The notes below the pieces were generated by a model. It was not told where the DNA came from. It ran no database searches and saw nothing but the letters and a program-made list of their open reading frames with translations. Source: Verrucomicrobiia bacterium (GTDB lineage Bacteria; Verrucomicrobiota; Verrucomicrobiia; Limisphaerales; JAKPVM01). Taken from it: a stretch of 64,000 nt of DNA. Location of the stretch: assembly GCA_049968335.1 (NCBI GenBank), contig JBMFQZ010000009.1, positions 54,295 through 118,294 of the forward strand, read 5' to 3'. Of this stretch, positions 18,569 to 28,563 are shown piece after piece. Every line of letters starts with the position of its first letter. Position 1 is the first letter of the stretch. The position numbers and the translations under genes were made by a program.

Positions 18569-21418
18569 CTATCCGTTTAAATTATTTTTTCCAGTTATGA
18601 CCATTACGCAACGTCCGCATAATGTTGGGTGCTGGTCAAAACTGCCAACATCTGTTTCCCAATGCCAGCAACGTTCGCACTTGTTGCCCAGCGCCTTTGT
18701 AACAAGGATGCTCGTCTCTTCTCCGTTTGAATCGTGAATTTCTAATTGCGAGACATTTAACAGTTCCCTCAATGCCTCTAAATGAATCTTTGCGTCAAAT
18801 ACCATCGGATTTTTGCCCTTAATAATCACCTTTGCTTCAAGTGCTTTTCCAATATTTCCCTGCTGACGTTCCTTTTCAAGTTCAGGCAGAACGAGTTCCC
18901 GTAGTTCAAATAACCCATTCCAGGCAGTTCGTTCAATTTCTGAACGTTGGAACTGCGTCGGTTTATAAACAGACAAAAAGAGCGATTCAGATGGTTTGTG
19001 CGGTATATACTCCCAGGCTTCATCGGCAGTGAATGGAATTATTGGTCCAAGCAACTGGCATAGGTTAACCAGAATCGTATACAGCGCCGTTTGAGATGAG
19101 CGTCTGCGCGGAGAATCAGCGCTGTCTGTATATAACCGGTCTTTTATAACATCGTGATAAATAGCGGAGAGCTCAACCGCGGCAAACTGGCTAACCCTCT
19201 GGAATACAGTGTGAAACTCGCAATTCTCATAAGCCTTTAAAACAGCCGCTTCAAGTTTGGAAAACTCCTCAAGAATCCAGCGGTCTAAACCTGTCATTTT
19301 ATCAAACGGGACAGAATCTTTTTGCGGGTCAAAGTCATAAAGGTTTGAGAGTTGATATCTCAAGGTGTTCCTGATCATTCTGTAAATCTCGCCGACTTTT
19401 GTAATTCTCTCCTCGCTAACAACGATGTCATTTCTAAAATCTTGAGACGCAACCCATAGCCGCAAAACATCAACGCCGTACCTCTTCACATACGCCTCAG
19501 AAGTCTGCGGCTTTTCGTAACCGCCCTGTCCTTGCTTGCTTTTTGAAATCTTCTCTCTGTCGGCGTCAACCATAAACCCGTGTGTAAGGACGGTTTTATA
19601 CGGAGCCGCGCCATTAGCCGCAAGCGACAGAAGCAGCGAGGATTGGAACCATCCCCTGTGCTGGTCGCTCCCTTCAAGATAAATATCAGCCTGCCACCAT
19701 AACGGATCGCTACCGTCTCGTCGCAGCTCCTCTCTTCTCATCAATACAGTTCGCGACGATGAGCCGGAATCAATCCAGACATCAAGGGTGTCATTTGACT
19801 TTTCTTCCGCCTCCGCTCCATTCCAGTCTGACGGTTTAAGCAGGTTCCAGAGTTCCTTTGCTGGTTTTTCAAACCAGATATTTGTCCCTTCTTTTTCAAC
19901 AATACCGGCAAATGCCCTCACTATGCGGGCGTCAAGAATTGGATTTCCGTTTTTATCATAAAACGCAGGTATTGGAACGCCCCACGCACGCTGGCGGCTG
20001 ATGCACCAGTCCGGACGAGCCTTTACAGCGGCTTCAATCCTGTTCTTTCCCCAATCCGGCACCCAGTTCACCTTGCCGATCGCTTCAAGCGCCAGGTTTC
20101 TAAACGATTTGCCATCAACAACGTGGTCAACTTTTATAAACCACTGGTCCATTGCCCTAAATATTACAGGTGTTTTGCTCCTCCAGCAGTGGGGGTAACT
20201 GTGAAGATAATTCGCTTCATGAACAAGCAGATTGCGGACGCGCAATTCGTGTAGCACCACATCGTTGGCGTCGCTCTTGCCATGCTTTTCAAGAATGGAC
20301 TTGCCGATCATATGCGATGGCATCTGCTTTTCCGCTGGCAGGTCATTTGTGTATGCAAAACATCCATTGTCATCAACCGGCGAGTAGATTGGCAACCCGA
20401 CTCTGCAGCCCAGCGTATAGTCCTCTAACCCGTGTCCCGGCGCTATATGAACAAACCCGGTGCCTGTTTCATTATCAACGAACTCATCCCCCGGATACAT
20501 TCTGCCGGTGCGGTTGCAGAATGGATGCTGGTATTCTACGTCTTGAAAATGCTCTGCGGTGAGACTTCTAACGATAACAAAATCCTCCCATTTACACTGT
20601 TCCGCGACTTTGCTGATAAGAAAAGTAGAAAGCACATAATCTTCACTGCCATTGACGCGAACCACGGAGTAACTAAATGTTGAATTATATGCCACAGCAA
20701 GATTTGCGGGCAGCGTCCAGGGCGTTGTTGTCCAGATCAACAGATAGGTGTTTGGTTTTCCGATAATTGGAAACTTAACGTAAATGCTCTGGCTGACATG
20801 GTCTTTGTATTCTACCTCTGCCTCAGCAAGGGCTGTTCTGCAAGGTATGCTCCAGTAAACAGGTTTTTTTCCTCTGTAAATGAAGCTCTTTTCAATTAAA
20901 TCGGCAAGTAGCCGCAGTTCATCGGCTTCGTATTGTTTATCAAGGGTCAAATACGGATCATCCCACTCGCCAAGAACCCCGAGCCTCCTGAATTGTTCTT
21001 TTTGAATCTCTACATATTTTAATGCGTAAGAATAGCAGGCTTTGCGGATGGTTGCAGCGTCAGGTTCAGAATTGCCTGATTTACGCAACTCCTGGGCAAC
21101 TTTAAATTCAATCGGCAATCCGTGGCAATCCCATCCCGGTATATACGGAGCATTGTAGCCGCGAAGCGTCTTGTACTTAATGATTATGTCCTTTAATATC
21201 TTATTCAGCGCTGTTCCAATGTGAACGTCGCCGTTTGCAAATGGCGGTCCATCATGAAGGATGAACTTTGGAGAGTTCTGACGCAACTGTTGAATCTTGT
21301 CGTACAGACCTTCCGATTCCCATTTCTTTAAACGTTCCGGTTCCCGCGCAACCAGATCGGCTTTCATCGGAAAACCGGTTCTCGGCAAATTTAATGTATC
21401 TTTATAGTCCATTTTCAA
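18569..21418 (-). CDS. ileS: isoleucine--tRNA ligase
   Basis: 949 aa with a class I HIGH-type motif (PFANGDVHIGTALNK), a KMSKS-type loop (KISKSK), a CP1 editing domain, and C-terminal Cys pairs (CERCWHW...CGRC). Confidence 0.97.
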   Translation of the reverse strand: MKMDYKDTLNLPRTGFPMKADLVAREPERLKKWESEGLYDKIQQLRQNSPKFILHDGPPFANGDVHIGTALNKILKDIIIKYKTLRGYNAPYIPGWDCHGLPIEFKVAQELRKSGNSEPDAATIRKACYSYALKYVEIQKEQFRRLGVLGEWDDPYLTLDKQYEADELRLLADLIEKSFIYRGKKPVYWSIPCRTALAEAEVEYKDHVSQSIYVKFPIIGKPNTYLLIWTTTPWTLPANLAVAYNSTFSYSVVRVNGSEDYVLSTFLISKVAEQCKWEDFVIVRSLTAEHFQDVEYQHPFCNRTGRMYPGDEFVDNETGTGFVHIAPGHGLEDYTLGCRVGLPIYSPVDDNGCFAYTNDLPAEKQMPSHMIGKSILEKHGKSDANDVVLHELRVRNLLVHEANYLHSYPHCWRSKTPVIFRAMDQWFIKVDHVVDGKSFRNLALEAIGKVNWVPDWGKNRIEAAVKARPDWCISRQRAWGVPIPAFYDKNGNPILDARIVRAFAGIVEKEGTNIWFEKPAKELWNLLKPSDWNGAEAEEKSNDTLDVWIDSGSSSRTVLMRREELRRDGSDPLWWQADIYLEGSDQHRGWFQSSLLLSLAANGAAPYKTVLTHGFMVDADREKISKSKQGQGGYEKPQTSEAYVKRYGVDVLRLWVASQDFRNDIVVSEERITKVGEIYRMIRNTLRYQLSNLYDFDPQKDSVPFDKMTGLDRWILEEFSKLEAAVLKAYENCEFHTVFQRVSQFAAVELSAIYHDVIKDRLYTDSADSPRRRSSQTALYTILVNLCQLLGPIIPFTADEAWEYIPHKPSESLFLSVYKPTQFQRSEIERTAWNGLFELRELVLPELEKERQQGNIGKALEAKVIIKGKNPMVFDAKIHLEALRELLNVSQLEIHDSNGEETSILVTKALGNKCERCWHWETDVGSFDQHPTLCGRCVMVITGKNNLNG

Positions 21419-21589
21419 TAACCCGTAATATATAACACAATAATAATTGTATACTTTATACTACTGCCTGTCGCAAATTATTAAACCAACAGGTCAAGTC
21501 CAGACACTATTTTCTACACACAAATTCAACAGGTATCAATAAAGAAGATTTTTACCTGAGTCCTGATCAGAAAAAGAAGGATTCTTTTT

Positions 21590-21640
21590 GGACTGCGGTG
21601 TCCCGAATGCAGGGGGTCGCGACACCGCTTTGTGAGATTG
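21590..21640 (+). repeat. hairpin repeat family 2, copy 1
   Basis: ggactgcggtgtc-ccgaatgcagggggtcgc-gacaccgctttgtgag; the stem is gcggtgtc/gacaccgc. It aligns with the reverse complement of 30342-30387 and with 50655-50745. Confidence 0.6.
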
Positions 21641-21713
21641 GGTAACACAAAAACGAGGGAATAATACCAAGATTAAAAATATAAATCCGTTTTTATCTAC
21701 AAGGTTTGGTTGC

Positions 21714-23351
21714 TTATTTTACCCGGATTAACTGAATGGATTGAGTATCAAACCAGACCTTGCCGGTGGCTGAGGTTAATTCGCATATCAATTCAACCTC
21801 TTTTCCGACCGACCCGATTTCAAATTCATAACTCAATTTTGTCCAACCCGATGTGGCGCCAGAAACCTTGTATTTAGATGATTGCGGCTTTGAATCTATA
21901 GAGGCGCGCAACGCGGCGCTATATCTGTCGCCAGCGAGTTCAATGCCTTCGGTCTTTACCATTCCCTCCAATCTATAAACGCCCGGCTTTAGAAATACAC
22001 GCGAGAAAAATCCCGCTTTTGCCTCGCCATTTGCCTCAATGTAAAAAGTCTCTCTTTCATCAAGTTTAACCTTTGATAAGCGCGCATTTTTATCCCCGCG
22101 TTCCTCCCACTTCTCTATTTTCCCGATGTTCTCTTGAAACTTTACCGCATCGGCAAGCGGTTTTATTACCTGACGATTCAAATTTTCAATCCGTTTTAAT
22201 ATCAAATCTCTTATCCGTTCCACGCCCCATCTAAACTGGTTAAGCAAATTTTTGTCTTCTTTTTCCAGAACAGGCTCAATCGCCGAGACCATCTTTGATA
22301 TCCGATTTGTGATAAAATAGGGAACAAACACTGTCTCAAGCAGTTCAATATAGCGCTGGCGATAGAGTTGTTTAACCTCCGGTATTTCAATTAAAGCGCG
22401 GGCGACCAATCCATTTGGCGGGGTATTCCAGGCGCCGCCCGGTTCCCAGAACATTTGGTCCATTCCGTGGGGGATGAAAATCATTCTGCCGCCGTCGTCC
22501 AGATTATGATAAACCCGATAGTTATTCCTGTTCATCACATAACCGTCCCAATCCCATGTTATATTCTCCATCGCCATATAAGAGATAAACCGTTCCACAT
22601 CAAGAACTTCATTCAGCCGTTGCCATCGTTTGTTTAAATCTTTTTCCATAGCGGCTGCGGCAAGACTTTTTAAATCTGCCCTGTCGGGAACATCATCCCC
22701 TGAGTCTAATTCCAGTGGCTCGGTAATCTCCTTTAAAAAACCGCCATCGTAAAGGTTGCCCTTAGTGTTATTAAAATAAAGACTTAAAAAATCCTTAGTA
22801 AAACCTTCTTTAAGGACATAGAGCCCAAGTTTATTTCCGTTTAATTCTACTAACGCCCAGTTTGCCCGCGCCGCCGGCACCCCTGACTTCCTAAACAACT
22901 CGCCGCAGAGATTCTCGCATATATAAGATGGGTCTTGAACGGAGTTGTTAAGGTGAATCTTCTTTAGTCCGTAAAATCTTTGTCCGGGCAAAAAACGATT
23001 AAAATTCAAAGTCAAAGCCGGTTTATCATGAATACCGCGAAAACTCCCCGCAGCCCCCTTCAAGTGAACCGCCACATTTGAATAAACCACTCCCCCTTCA
23101 ATAAATTCGCAGGGAACATATTTCCTCGGGTCTTTATCAATGCTTTTTAATGCCTGTTCAGAAATGTTTATCTTTATTTTTAAAACCTTATCAGAATCAA
23201 AAAGCAAAGACCCGGGAGCAAGAGGATTATTCTTAATCTCCGAATGATTCGTTGTTGATGCATACGAGACCACCGACCATATCAAGATTGATGATAGGGT
23301 CAACGAGTAAATAAACCATATCTTAATTCTGGTTGTATAAAACCGGCGCAT
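21714..23351 (-). CDS. CotH-family kinase-like protein, secreted
   Basis: 545 aa with a signal/anchor. Blocks ALTLNFNRF, KKIHLNNSVQDPSYICENLCGELFRKSGVPAARANWALVELNGNKLGLYVLKE and WDWDGYVMNRNNYRVYH are typical of CotH. An extra C-terminal beta-rich domain of about 150 aa follows. Confidence 0.8.
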   Translation of the reverse strand: MRRFYTTRIKIWFIYSLTLSSILIWSVVSYASTTNHSEIKNNPLAPGSLLFDSDKVLKIKINISEQALKSIDKDPRKYVPCEFIEGGVVYSNVAVHLKGAAGSFRGIHDKPALTLNFNRFLPGQRFYGLKKIHLNNSVQDPSYICENLCGELFRKSGVPAARANWALVELNGNKLGLYVLKEGFTKDFLSLYFNNTKGNLYDGGFLKEITEPLELDSGDDVPDRADLKSLAAAAMEKDLNKRWQRLNEVLDVERFISYMAMENITWDWDGYVMNRNNYRVYHNLDDGGRMIFIPHGMDQMFWEPGGAWNTPPNGLVARALIEIPEVKQLYRQRYIELLETVFVPYFITNRISKMVSAIEPVLEKEDKNLLNQFRWGVERIRDLILKRIENLNRQVIKPLADAVKFQENIGKIEKWEERGDKNARLSKVKLDERETFYIEANGEAKAGFFSRVFLKPGVYRLEGMVKTEGIELAGDRYSAALRASIDSKPQSSKYKVSGATSGWTKLSYEFEIGSVGKEVELICELTSATGKVWFDTQSIQLIRVK

Positions 23352-23632
23352 TTCTCTTACCTTTGACGAAAAACAACCGATCAGGTTTCAAAAATAATTC
23401 AAGATTATAAGAAGTTAAATCTTGAGCATTGATCTTAATCATTAGCCTTTTAATGAAAAATGCGCTTTTCCCTAAAATGCTAATTATTCGGTTTAATCTC
23501 AAAATGCAAATTTTCCTGGTTCCCTCCATATTTAGATAGATGAGCCTGATAATTTGCATAATTTATTAATAGTGTTATATTTGATTAGCGGAAACTGTTA
23601 TAAATTACCAACCCCTAATTCTGGAGGCAAAT

Positions 23633-23935
23633 ATGGCGAAGACGGCGAAGAAAAAACAACAAGAGGCTCTGATTGAACAAGTGTTTTCATACACTGCTCC
23701 TGGCGCGTTGAGCGTGCTGCTGGTTGGCGATTTCACTCACTGGCAGGGGAATCCGATTCCGATGAAAAAACAGCCCGATGGCTCCTGGCGGGCAACGGTA
23801 AAACTTGCCCCCGGCACATATCATTACAGATTCATTGTTGATGGCGAGTGGCGTGATGACCCTGAATGCACTTTGCGAGTTCCGAATCCATTTGGTCAAG
23901 AAAACTGCGTACGCGTAGTTTCCGCTCAAAGCTAG
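23633..23935 (+). CDS. small CBM48/AMPK-beta glycogen-binding-domain-like protein
   Basis: 100 aa with VLLVGDFTHWQGNPIPMKKQPDGSWRATVKLAPGTYHYRFIVDGEWRDDP, the classic early-set/CBM48 signature. Confidence 0.75.
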   Translation: MAKTAKKKQQEALIEQVFSYTAPGALSVLLVGDFTHWQGNPIPMKKQPDGSWRATVKLAPGTYHYRFIVDGEWRDDPECTLRVPNPFGQENCVRVVSAQS

Positions 23936-23942
23936 CGAGTTG

Positions 23943-26900
23943 TTATTTTATTAATTTTTCAGTCTCATCAATCTGTTTTATATCCGGAGCCTGCCAGATT
24001 TTAATATTTTGACGCGAGCCGCTGCCAACAAAGCAACCGACTACGAGCGTTGTACCATCGGGAGAGAATAAAAGCGTCCCCACATCGTCTTTAAAATCGT
24101 CAATAGTCATCAATTCCTGAAAATTAACAAGGCTCCAGAATTTTACCGAATCATCTGTGCTTCCGGTAACTAATGTTCGGGAGTCTGGAGTGACGGCAAT
24201 TGATGTAATTGCTTCTTTATGTCCGGATAACGAGGCGAGTTTAACGCCGTTGAGCGGGTTCCAGACTATTGCCGCGCCATCCATACCGGCGCTTATCAGC
24301 ATATTTGAATTGGGTGAAAATGTCATCGCCCAGATTGTCCATTTATGACCTGAGAGGGTAAACTTTTCTGCTCCGGACATAATTTCCCATAGTTTTACGT
24401 TGTAATTTGTGTCGGTGCCGACAACGAATTTTTCATCCGGGGAAATAGATAGAGGTCCGGTAAATCCTGATTTTTCAAAAACAAGTTTTAAACTGTTAAA
24501 ATCCCACAATTTAATTTCATCTGCTGTTGCGGTTGCTAAAAAGCGATTATCATCGGATACCGCAAGCCAGACTACAGGCTCGGTGTGCGCCGCGAATTCT
24601 TTTACAACTTTCCCGTTATTTTCAATTGCCATTATTTCAACCGTTCCGGAACGTCTGCCGACCAGACAGAATTTGAGGTCTTTTGATACTGCGAGCGCTG
24701 TTCGCTCGTAATCGCTGTAGGCAGGCATCGGGTTTGAGATTTTAGTTCGCGAAGATAAATTCCATAATTGAAACTGGCGGTCAAAACCCAGGGCAAGCAA
24801 TTTTGAACTGTCTCTGGAAAATGCCAGAGGAACCATTCCGTTTGTGAGCGTGTTATCTGTTGTTCGTGTAGAAGCAAGCCATATTTTTGCGGTAGAATCT
24901 TTGCCCCCGGAAGCAATCCAGTTTCCATCTTTTGAAAAACAGACAGACCAGACTTCATTATGATGACCATACAATGTTGCAAGCTGCGCGCAGGTTGGTA
25001 TTTCCCAGATTTTAATCGTCTGGTCAACCCCTGCTGTTACAAGCATTTTAGAGTCGTATGAAAAATTCAACGCCGCGACAGTGCTTTGATGCGCGGTCCA
25101 GGATGAAATTTCTGAACCGGTTGTGGCGTCCCACAACCTCACTGTGCCGCGCCATTCTGCTACCGCAACATACCTGCCGTTAGGCGAGACAGCCATCGCG
25201 GTCGGGTTTTCTAACTGGCAGATAAACGGATTTGAAATAGTTTTTCCAGAGATATCCCAGAGCTGAAGGTATTGTGTCTGTTCTTCTCCCTTGGAAATTA
25301 AATATATTTTTCCATCAGGCGAGACCGCCCTGAATATCCCGATATCCGCGAATTGAGCTTCGGGAAAATCGCGCGGCTCCCAGGTTATTGTTTCAAAGAA
25401 GAGTGTCCCTATTACAAACGATTTAGCCGCGACTGTTTGATTGTCTGGTAAAAAAAACAGCGGCAGGTTTGCCCGTTGCAATTGAGCGATTTGAGTCCAT
25501 TTTTTCGAATCAAAAATGTAGATGCTCAACGCGGTTTGAAAAATGAGCATCGTTCCGTCGTTAGAGAAAAACAGGGTGCCGCGAGCGGGCGGACTATCAA
25601 GTTCGCCGAGTTTTGCTATCAATTTTTTGGTTTTGATATCCCAGACATATACAAACGGGTCTCGTTGAGCGGTTAACAACTTTTTGCCATCCGGAGAGAT
25701 TAGAACCGCTTCCACAAAATCATTTTGTTGAAAAGAGAATATCTCCTGACCGCGTGTCAGGTTCCATAAATAACGCCATTCAAAGCCGCGCAGATCAACC
25801 TGATTTTTTGCGGGAATATGTTTTTTTAAAAGTTCGTATGCCCTGCCGCGATTGTTTTCCGCGAGCGCTCTTTGCGCAAGGTTGATATCGGCGACATACA
25901 GGTTCTGGAGCGATTCAAGAGCCGATTTTTCAGCCCTGGTTGCCTGTTTTGCCGCGTCAATAGCCTTTTGTTCCGCCAGTTGTTTTGCGGCTATCGCCTC
26001 GCGCCATTGCCATAAAACGCCTCCGACTCCGAATGCCGCCACAATTATAAGAAGCAAAATGAGTGTTGCTATTGCTGGCTTTCGTTTAGCCCATTTTTTA
26101 AATTTTTGAATTCGCGAAACCGGACGCGCAAGTATTGGCTCGCCGTTTAACCACCGTTCAAGTTCAAGCGCAAGTTCTCCCGCAGAGCCATACCTGTGTT
26201 CAGGCTGTTTCTCAAGACATTTTAGACAGATAGTCTCCAGTTCCGGGTCGACTTTCGGATTTATTTCTGAGGGCTTTCGCGGCTCGGTGTCTATAACCTG
26301 TTTTATTGTTTCTACAAAATTTCTCCCTGCAAAAGGGGGTCTGCCTGTGAGCATCTCATATAGTATTGCGCCAAGACTATATACATCTGAAGCCACCGAT
26401 ATTGCCGCGCTCTTTCCGAGCGCTTGTTCCGGCGACATATAACTTGCGCTTCCGAGAACCGCCTGACTCTGCGTAAACGTCTCTTGCTGTTCAAGCAACT
26501 TTGCAAGTCCAAAATCGGTCAATAGCGGTTCGCCGTTTTTGTCTATCAACACATTTGTCGGTTTCAAATCGCGGTGAAGAATCCCGTGCTGGTGGGCATA
26601 ATGAATTGCGCGAACGATAGCCAGCAATATTTTTGCGGCTTTTTTACCCTCCATTGGTTGTTTATTGATAAGCGCCGAGAGATTTTGCCCATCTATGTAG
26701 CGCATTGAATAGAAATAAATCCCCTCCTGTTCGCCAATTTCATAGATAGGGACAATGTTCGGATGGTCAAGTCTTGCGGCGGCAGCCGCTTCGGTTTTAA
26801 ACCGTTGCACTTCACCTGCTGACGCCAGCTGGCCGGACTTGATCATCTTTAAAGCGACTGTGCGATTTAGACTTTTTTGAATCGCCTTATAAACAATCCC

Positions 26901-27128
26901 CATTCCCCCCTCGGCAACCGGTTCTATGATTTCGTAGTCGCTAAAACTTTTAGTAGATTCAGCGCCTTTATCTGCGCGGTTTTGCCCTGTCGGTTTGTCT
27001 TCTCCGCTGGTCGAAATGATTTCTAACCCCTGTTTTAACAAACAAGCGGGACACAGCCCGTCAGGAACATCAGACTGCAACGTGGCGCCGCATACAGGGC
27101 ATTTTTTTACAGAATCCATACAGGACAA
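23943..27128 (-). CDS. Ser/Thr protein kinase with N-terminal zinc ribbon, one TM helix and a large WD40 beta-propeller region
   Basis: CPVCGATL...CPACLL; kinase motifs GGMGIVYKA, HRDLKPTNVL, DFGLAK, SPEQ; TM ATLILLLIIVAAFGVGGVLW; many WD-like units (e.g. TIKIWEI, TAKIW, VKLWEI, VKFWSL). Confidence 0.9.
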   Translation of the reverse strand: MSCMDSVKKCPVCGATLQSDVPDGLCPACLLKQGLEIISTSGEDKPTGQNRADKGAESTKSFSDYEIIEPVAEGGMGIVYKAIQKSLNRTVALKMIKSGQLASAGEVQRFKTEAAAAARLDHPNIVPIYEIGEQEGIYFYSMRYIDGQNLSALINKQPMEGKKAAKILLAIVRAIHYAHQHGILHRDLKPTNVLIDKNGEPLLTDFGLAKLLEQQETFTQSQAVLGSASYMSPEQALGKSAAISVASDVYSLGAILYEMLTGRPPFAGRNFVETIKQVIDTEPRKPSEINPKVDPELETICLKCLEKQPEHRYGSAGELALELERWLNGEPILARPVSRIQKFKKWAKRKPAIATLILLLIIVAAFGVGGVLWQWREAIAAKQLAEQKAIDAAKQATRAEKSALESLQNLYVADINLAQRALAENNRGRAYELLKKHIPAKNQVDLRGFEWRYLWNLTRGQEIFSFQQNDFVEAVLISPDGKKLLTAQRDPFVYVWDIKTKKLIAKLGELDSPPARGTLFFSNDGTMLIFQTALSIYIFDSKKWTQIAQLQRANLPLFFLPDNQTVAAKSFVIGTLFFETITWEPRDFPEAQFADIGIFRAVSPDGKIYLISKGEEQTQYLQLWDISGKTISNPFICQLENPTAMAVSPNGRYVAVAEWRGTVRLWDATTGSEISSWTAHQSTVAALNFSYDSKMLVTAGVDQTIKIWEIPTCAQLATLYGHHNEVWSVCFSKDGNWIASGGKDSTAKIWLASTRTTDNTLTNGMVPLAFSRDSSKLLALGFDRQFQLWNLSSRTKISNPMPAYSDYERTALAVSKDLKFCLVGRRSGTVEIMAIENNGKVVKEFAAHTEPVVWLAVSDDNRFLATATADEIKLWDFNSLKLVFEKSGFTGPLSISPDEKFVVGTDTNYNVKLWEIMSGAEKFTLSGHKWTIWAMTFSPNSNMLISAGMDGAAIVWNPLNGVKLASLSGHKEAITSIAVTPDSRTLVTGSTDDSVKFWSLVNFQELMTIDDFKDDVGTLLFSPDGTTLVVGCFVGSGSRQNIKIWQAPDIKQIDETEKLIK

Positions 27129-27147
27129 TCTTACTTATAGAAAAGCA

Positions 27148-28563
27148 TTACGGCTCATAAGGAACAGTTCCGGTTGCGTCAACAGTGTACCCCCATTTTT
27201 TAATATAATAATCCGCAGGTTTAAACTCATCTTTTGTTTCCTTTAATTTTTTATTCAGCGATTTATCTAACCGGTTTTGAAGAGACTTAAATTCGTTTTT
27301 ATTTGCAAGATTTTCCAGTTGAAACGGGTCTTTATAATTATCAAACAGAAGCCATACACCGTTCAGATCGCGAACATAAGTATATCGCGAGGTTCTTATC
27401 CCTCTATATTCTCTGCCTCCAACATTGCGCGACCATTGACCGAACGGAGCTGGGCAGGCTATTAATACTGAACCGTCGTTTGGATTTTTTCCACCGCGCG
27501 TAATATAATTGCTGAAATCTAAACCCTCCACGCTTTCGGGAATCTTTGCCCCGCACAATCCAAGCAATGTCGGCATAACATCTTCCATACTGATCAAGGC
27601 TTCAACTTTCTTTGGTTTAACCACAGAGGGATATCTGATGAGCAACGGTATGCGGATTGACTCTTCATACGGCTGTTGTTTGTCATGCGCCCCGTGCGAG
27701 CCGAGCATATCGCCGTGGTCTGAAATAAAAACGAATATTGTGTTTGTTTTTATTCCAGTCTCTTCAACCGTTTTCATTACATCGCCAACGCATTTATCAA
27801 GCGCAGCGCAATGCGCGTAATAGCCCCAGAGCATATTGCGGGCTTTTTGTTCCCATTCGGGCGGGACATTTGGACGGAGTTTGAATTTAGTTGGATCAAA
27901 CAACTTTTTGTATTCCGCCGGCACTATATGATACGGGTCGTGAGGCGGACCAAAGGAAAGCATAAGGAAAAACGGTTTGTCGTTTTGTCTTCTATTTTTA
28001 ATATATTCAACTGCATCGCGCGTCTGGGCAAAGGCGTCGTAGCCTTCCCACTTCAATTTTTTAGGACTATCTGCATAATAAAATGAGTTAGAATAATTAT
28101 GCGTGCATTCAAGAACCTTCCAGTAATCAAAACCTTGCCGTCTTTCCTTTGGAATAAAATTAGACCTGCCGTGCCCGTCTATGTGCCATTTTCCGATATA
28201 TGCAGTATCGTATCCGATAGATTTTAAAACTTTAGCGATCGTAACCGCATTGGTTGAAAGCGGCACATCGTTCATAAAAACCCCGTGGGTTAGCGGACGT
28301 TGCCCCGTCATAAAGGTCGCTCTTGCCGGACAACATACCGGCACTGGCGATATTGCATTCATAAACCAAACACTTTCAGAACACAATCTGTCAAGGTTTG
28401 GCGTCCTTGCATTAACATCGCCAGCATAACCTGTAGCCTGCGCCCGCCACTGATCAGCCATAATAACGATAAGATTTGGTTTCTGGCTTTGAGCGTTCAG
28501 GTTAAACATCTGAACAGAGAGGCTTATTAACAATAAGCCGGTTATAATTTTAATTTTTTTCAT
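27148..28563 (-). CDS. formylglycine-dependent sulfatase (arylsulfatase family), secreted
   Basis: 471 aa with a signal peptide, PNLIVIMADQ, a C-x-P-x-R FGly motif (VCCPARATFMTGQ), and GKWH and DHGD blocks. Confidence 0.9.
   Translation of the reverse strand: MKKIKIITGLLLISLSVQMFNLNAQSQKPNLIVIMADQWRAQATGYAGDVNARTPNLDRLCSESVWFMNAISPVPVCCPARATFMTGQRPLTHGVFMNDVPLSTNAVTIAKVLKSIGYDTAYIGKWHIDGHGRSNFIPKERRQGFDYWKVLECTHNYSNSFYYADSPKKLKWEGYDAFAQTRDAVEYIKNRRQNDKPFFLMLSFGPPHDPYHIVPAEYKKLFDPTKFKLRPNVPPEWEQKARNMLWGYYAHCAALDKCVGDVMKTVEETGIKTNTIFVFISDHGDMLGSHGAHDKQQPYEESIRIPLLIRYPSVVKPKKVEALISMEDVMPTLLGLCGAKIPESVEGLDFSNYITRGGKNPNDGSVLIACPAPFGQWSRNVGGREYRGIRTSRYTYVRDLNGVWLLFDNYKDPFQLENLANKNEFKSLQNRLDKSLNKKLKETKDEFKPADYYIKKWGYTVDATGTVPYEP

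Noticed and set aside
21419-21713. T-box or other leader upstream of ileS
   Set aside because: No T-box consensus (..GGTGGTACCGCG..) or specifier-loop architecture is visible. The region instead carries a family-2 hairpin repeat that more likely terminates the upstream gene.
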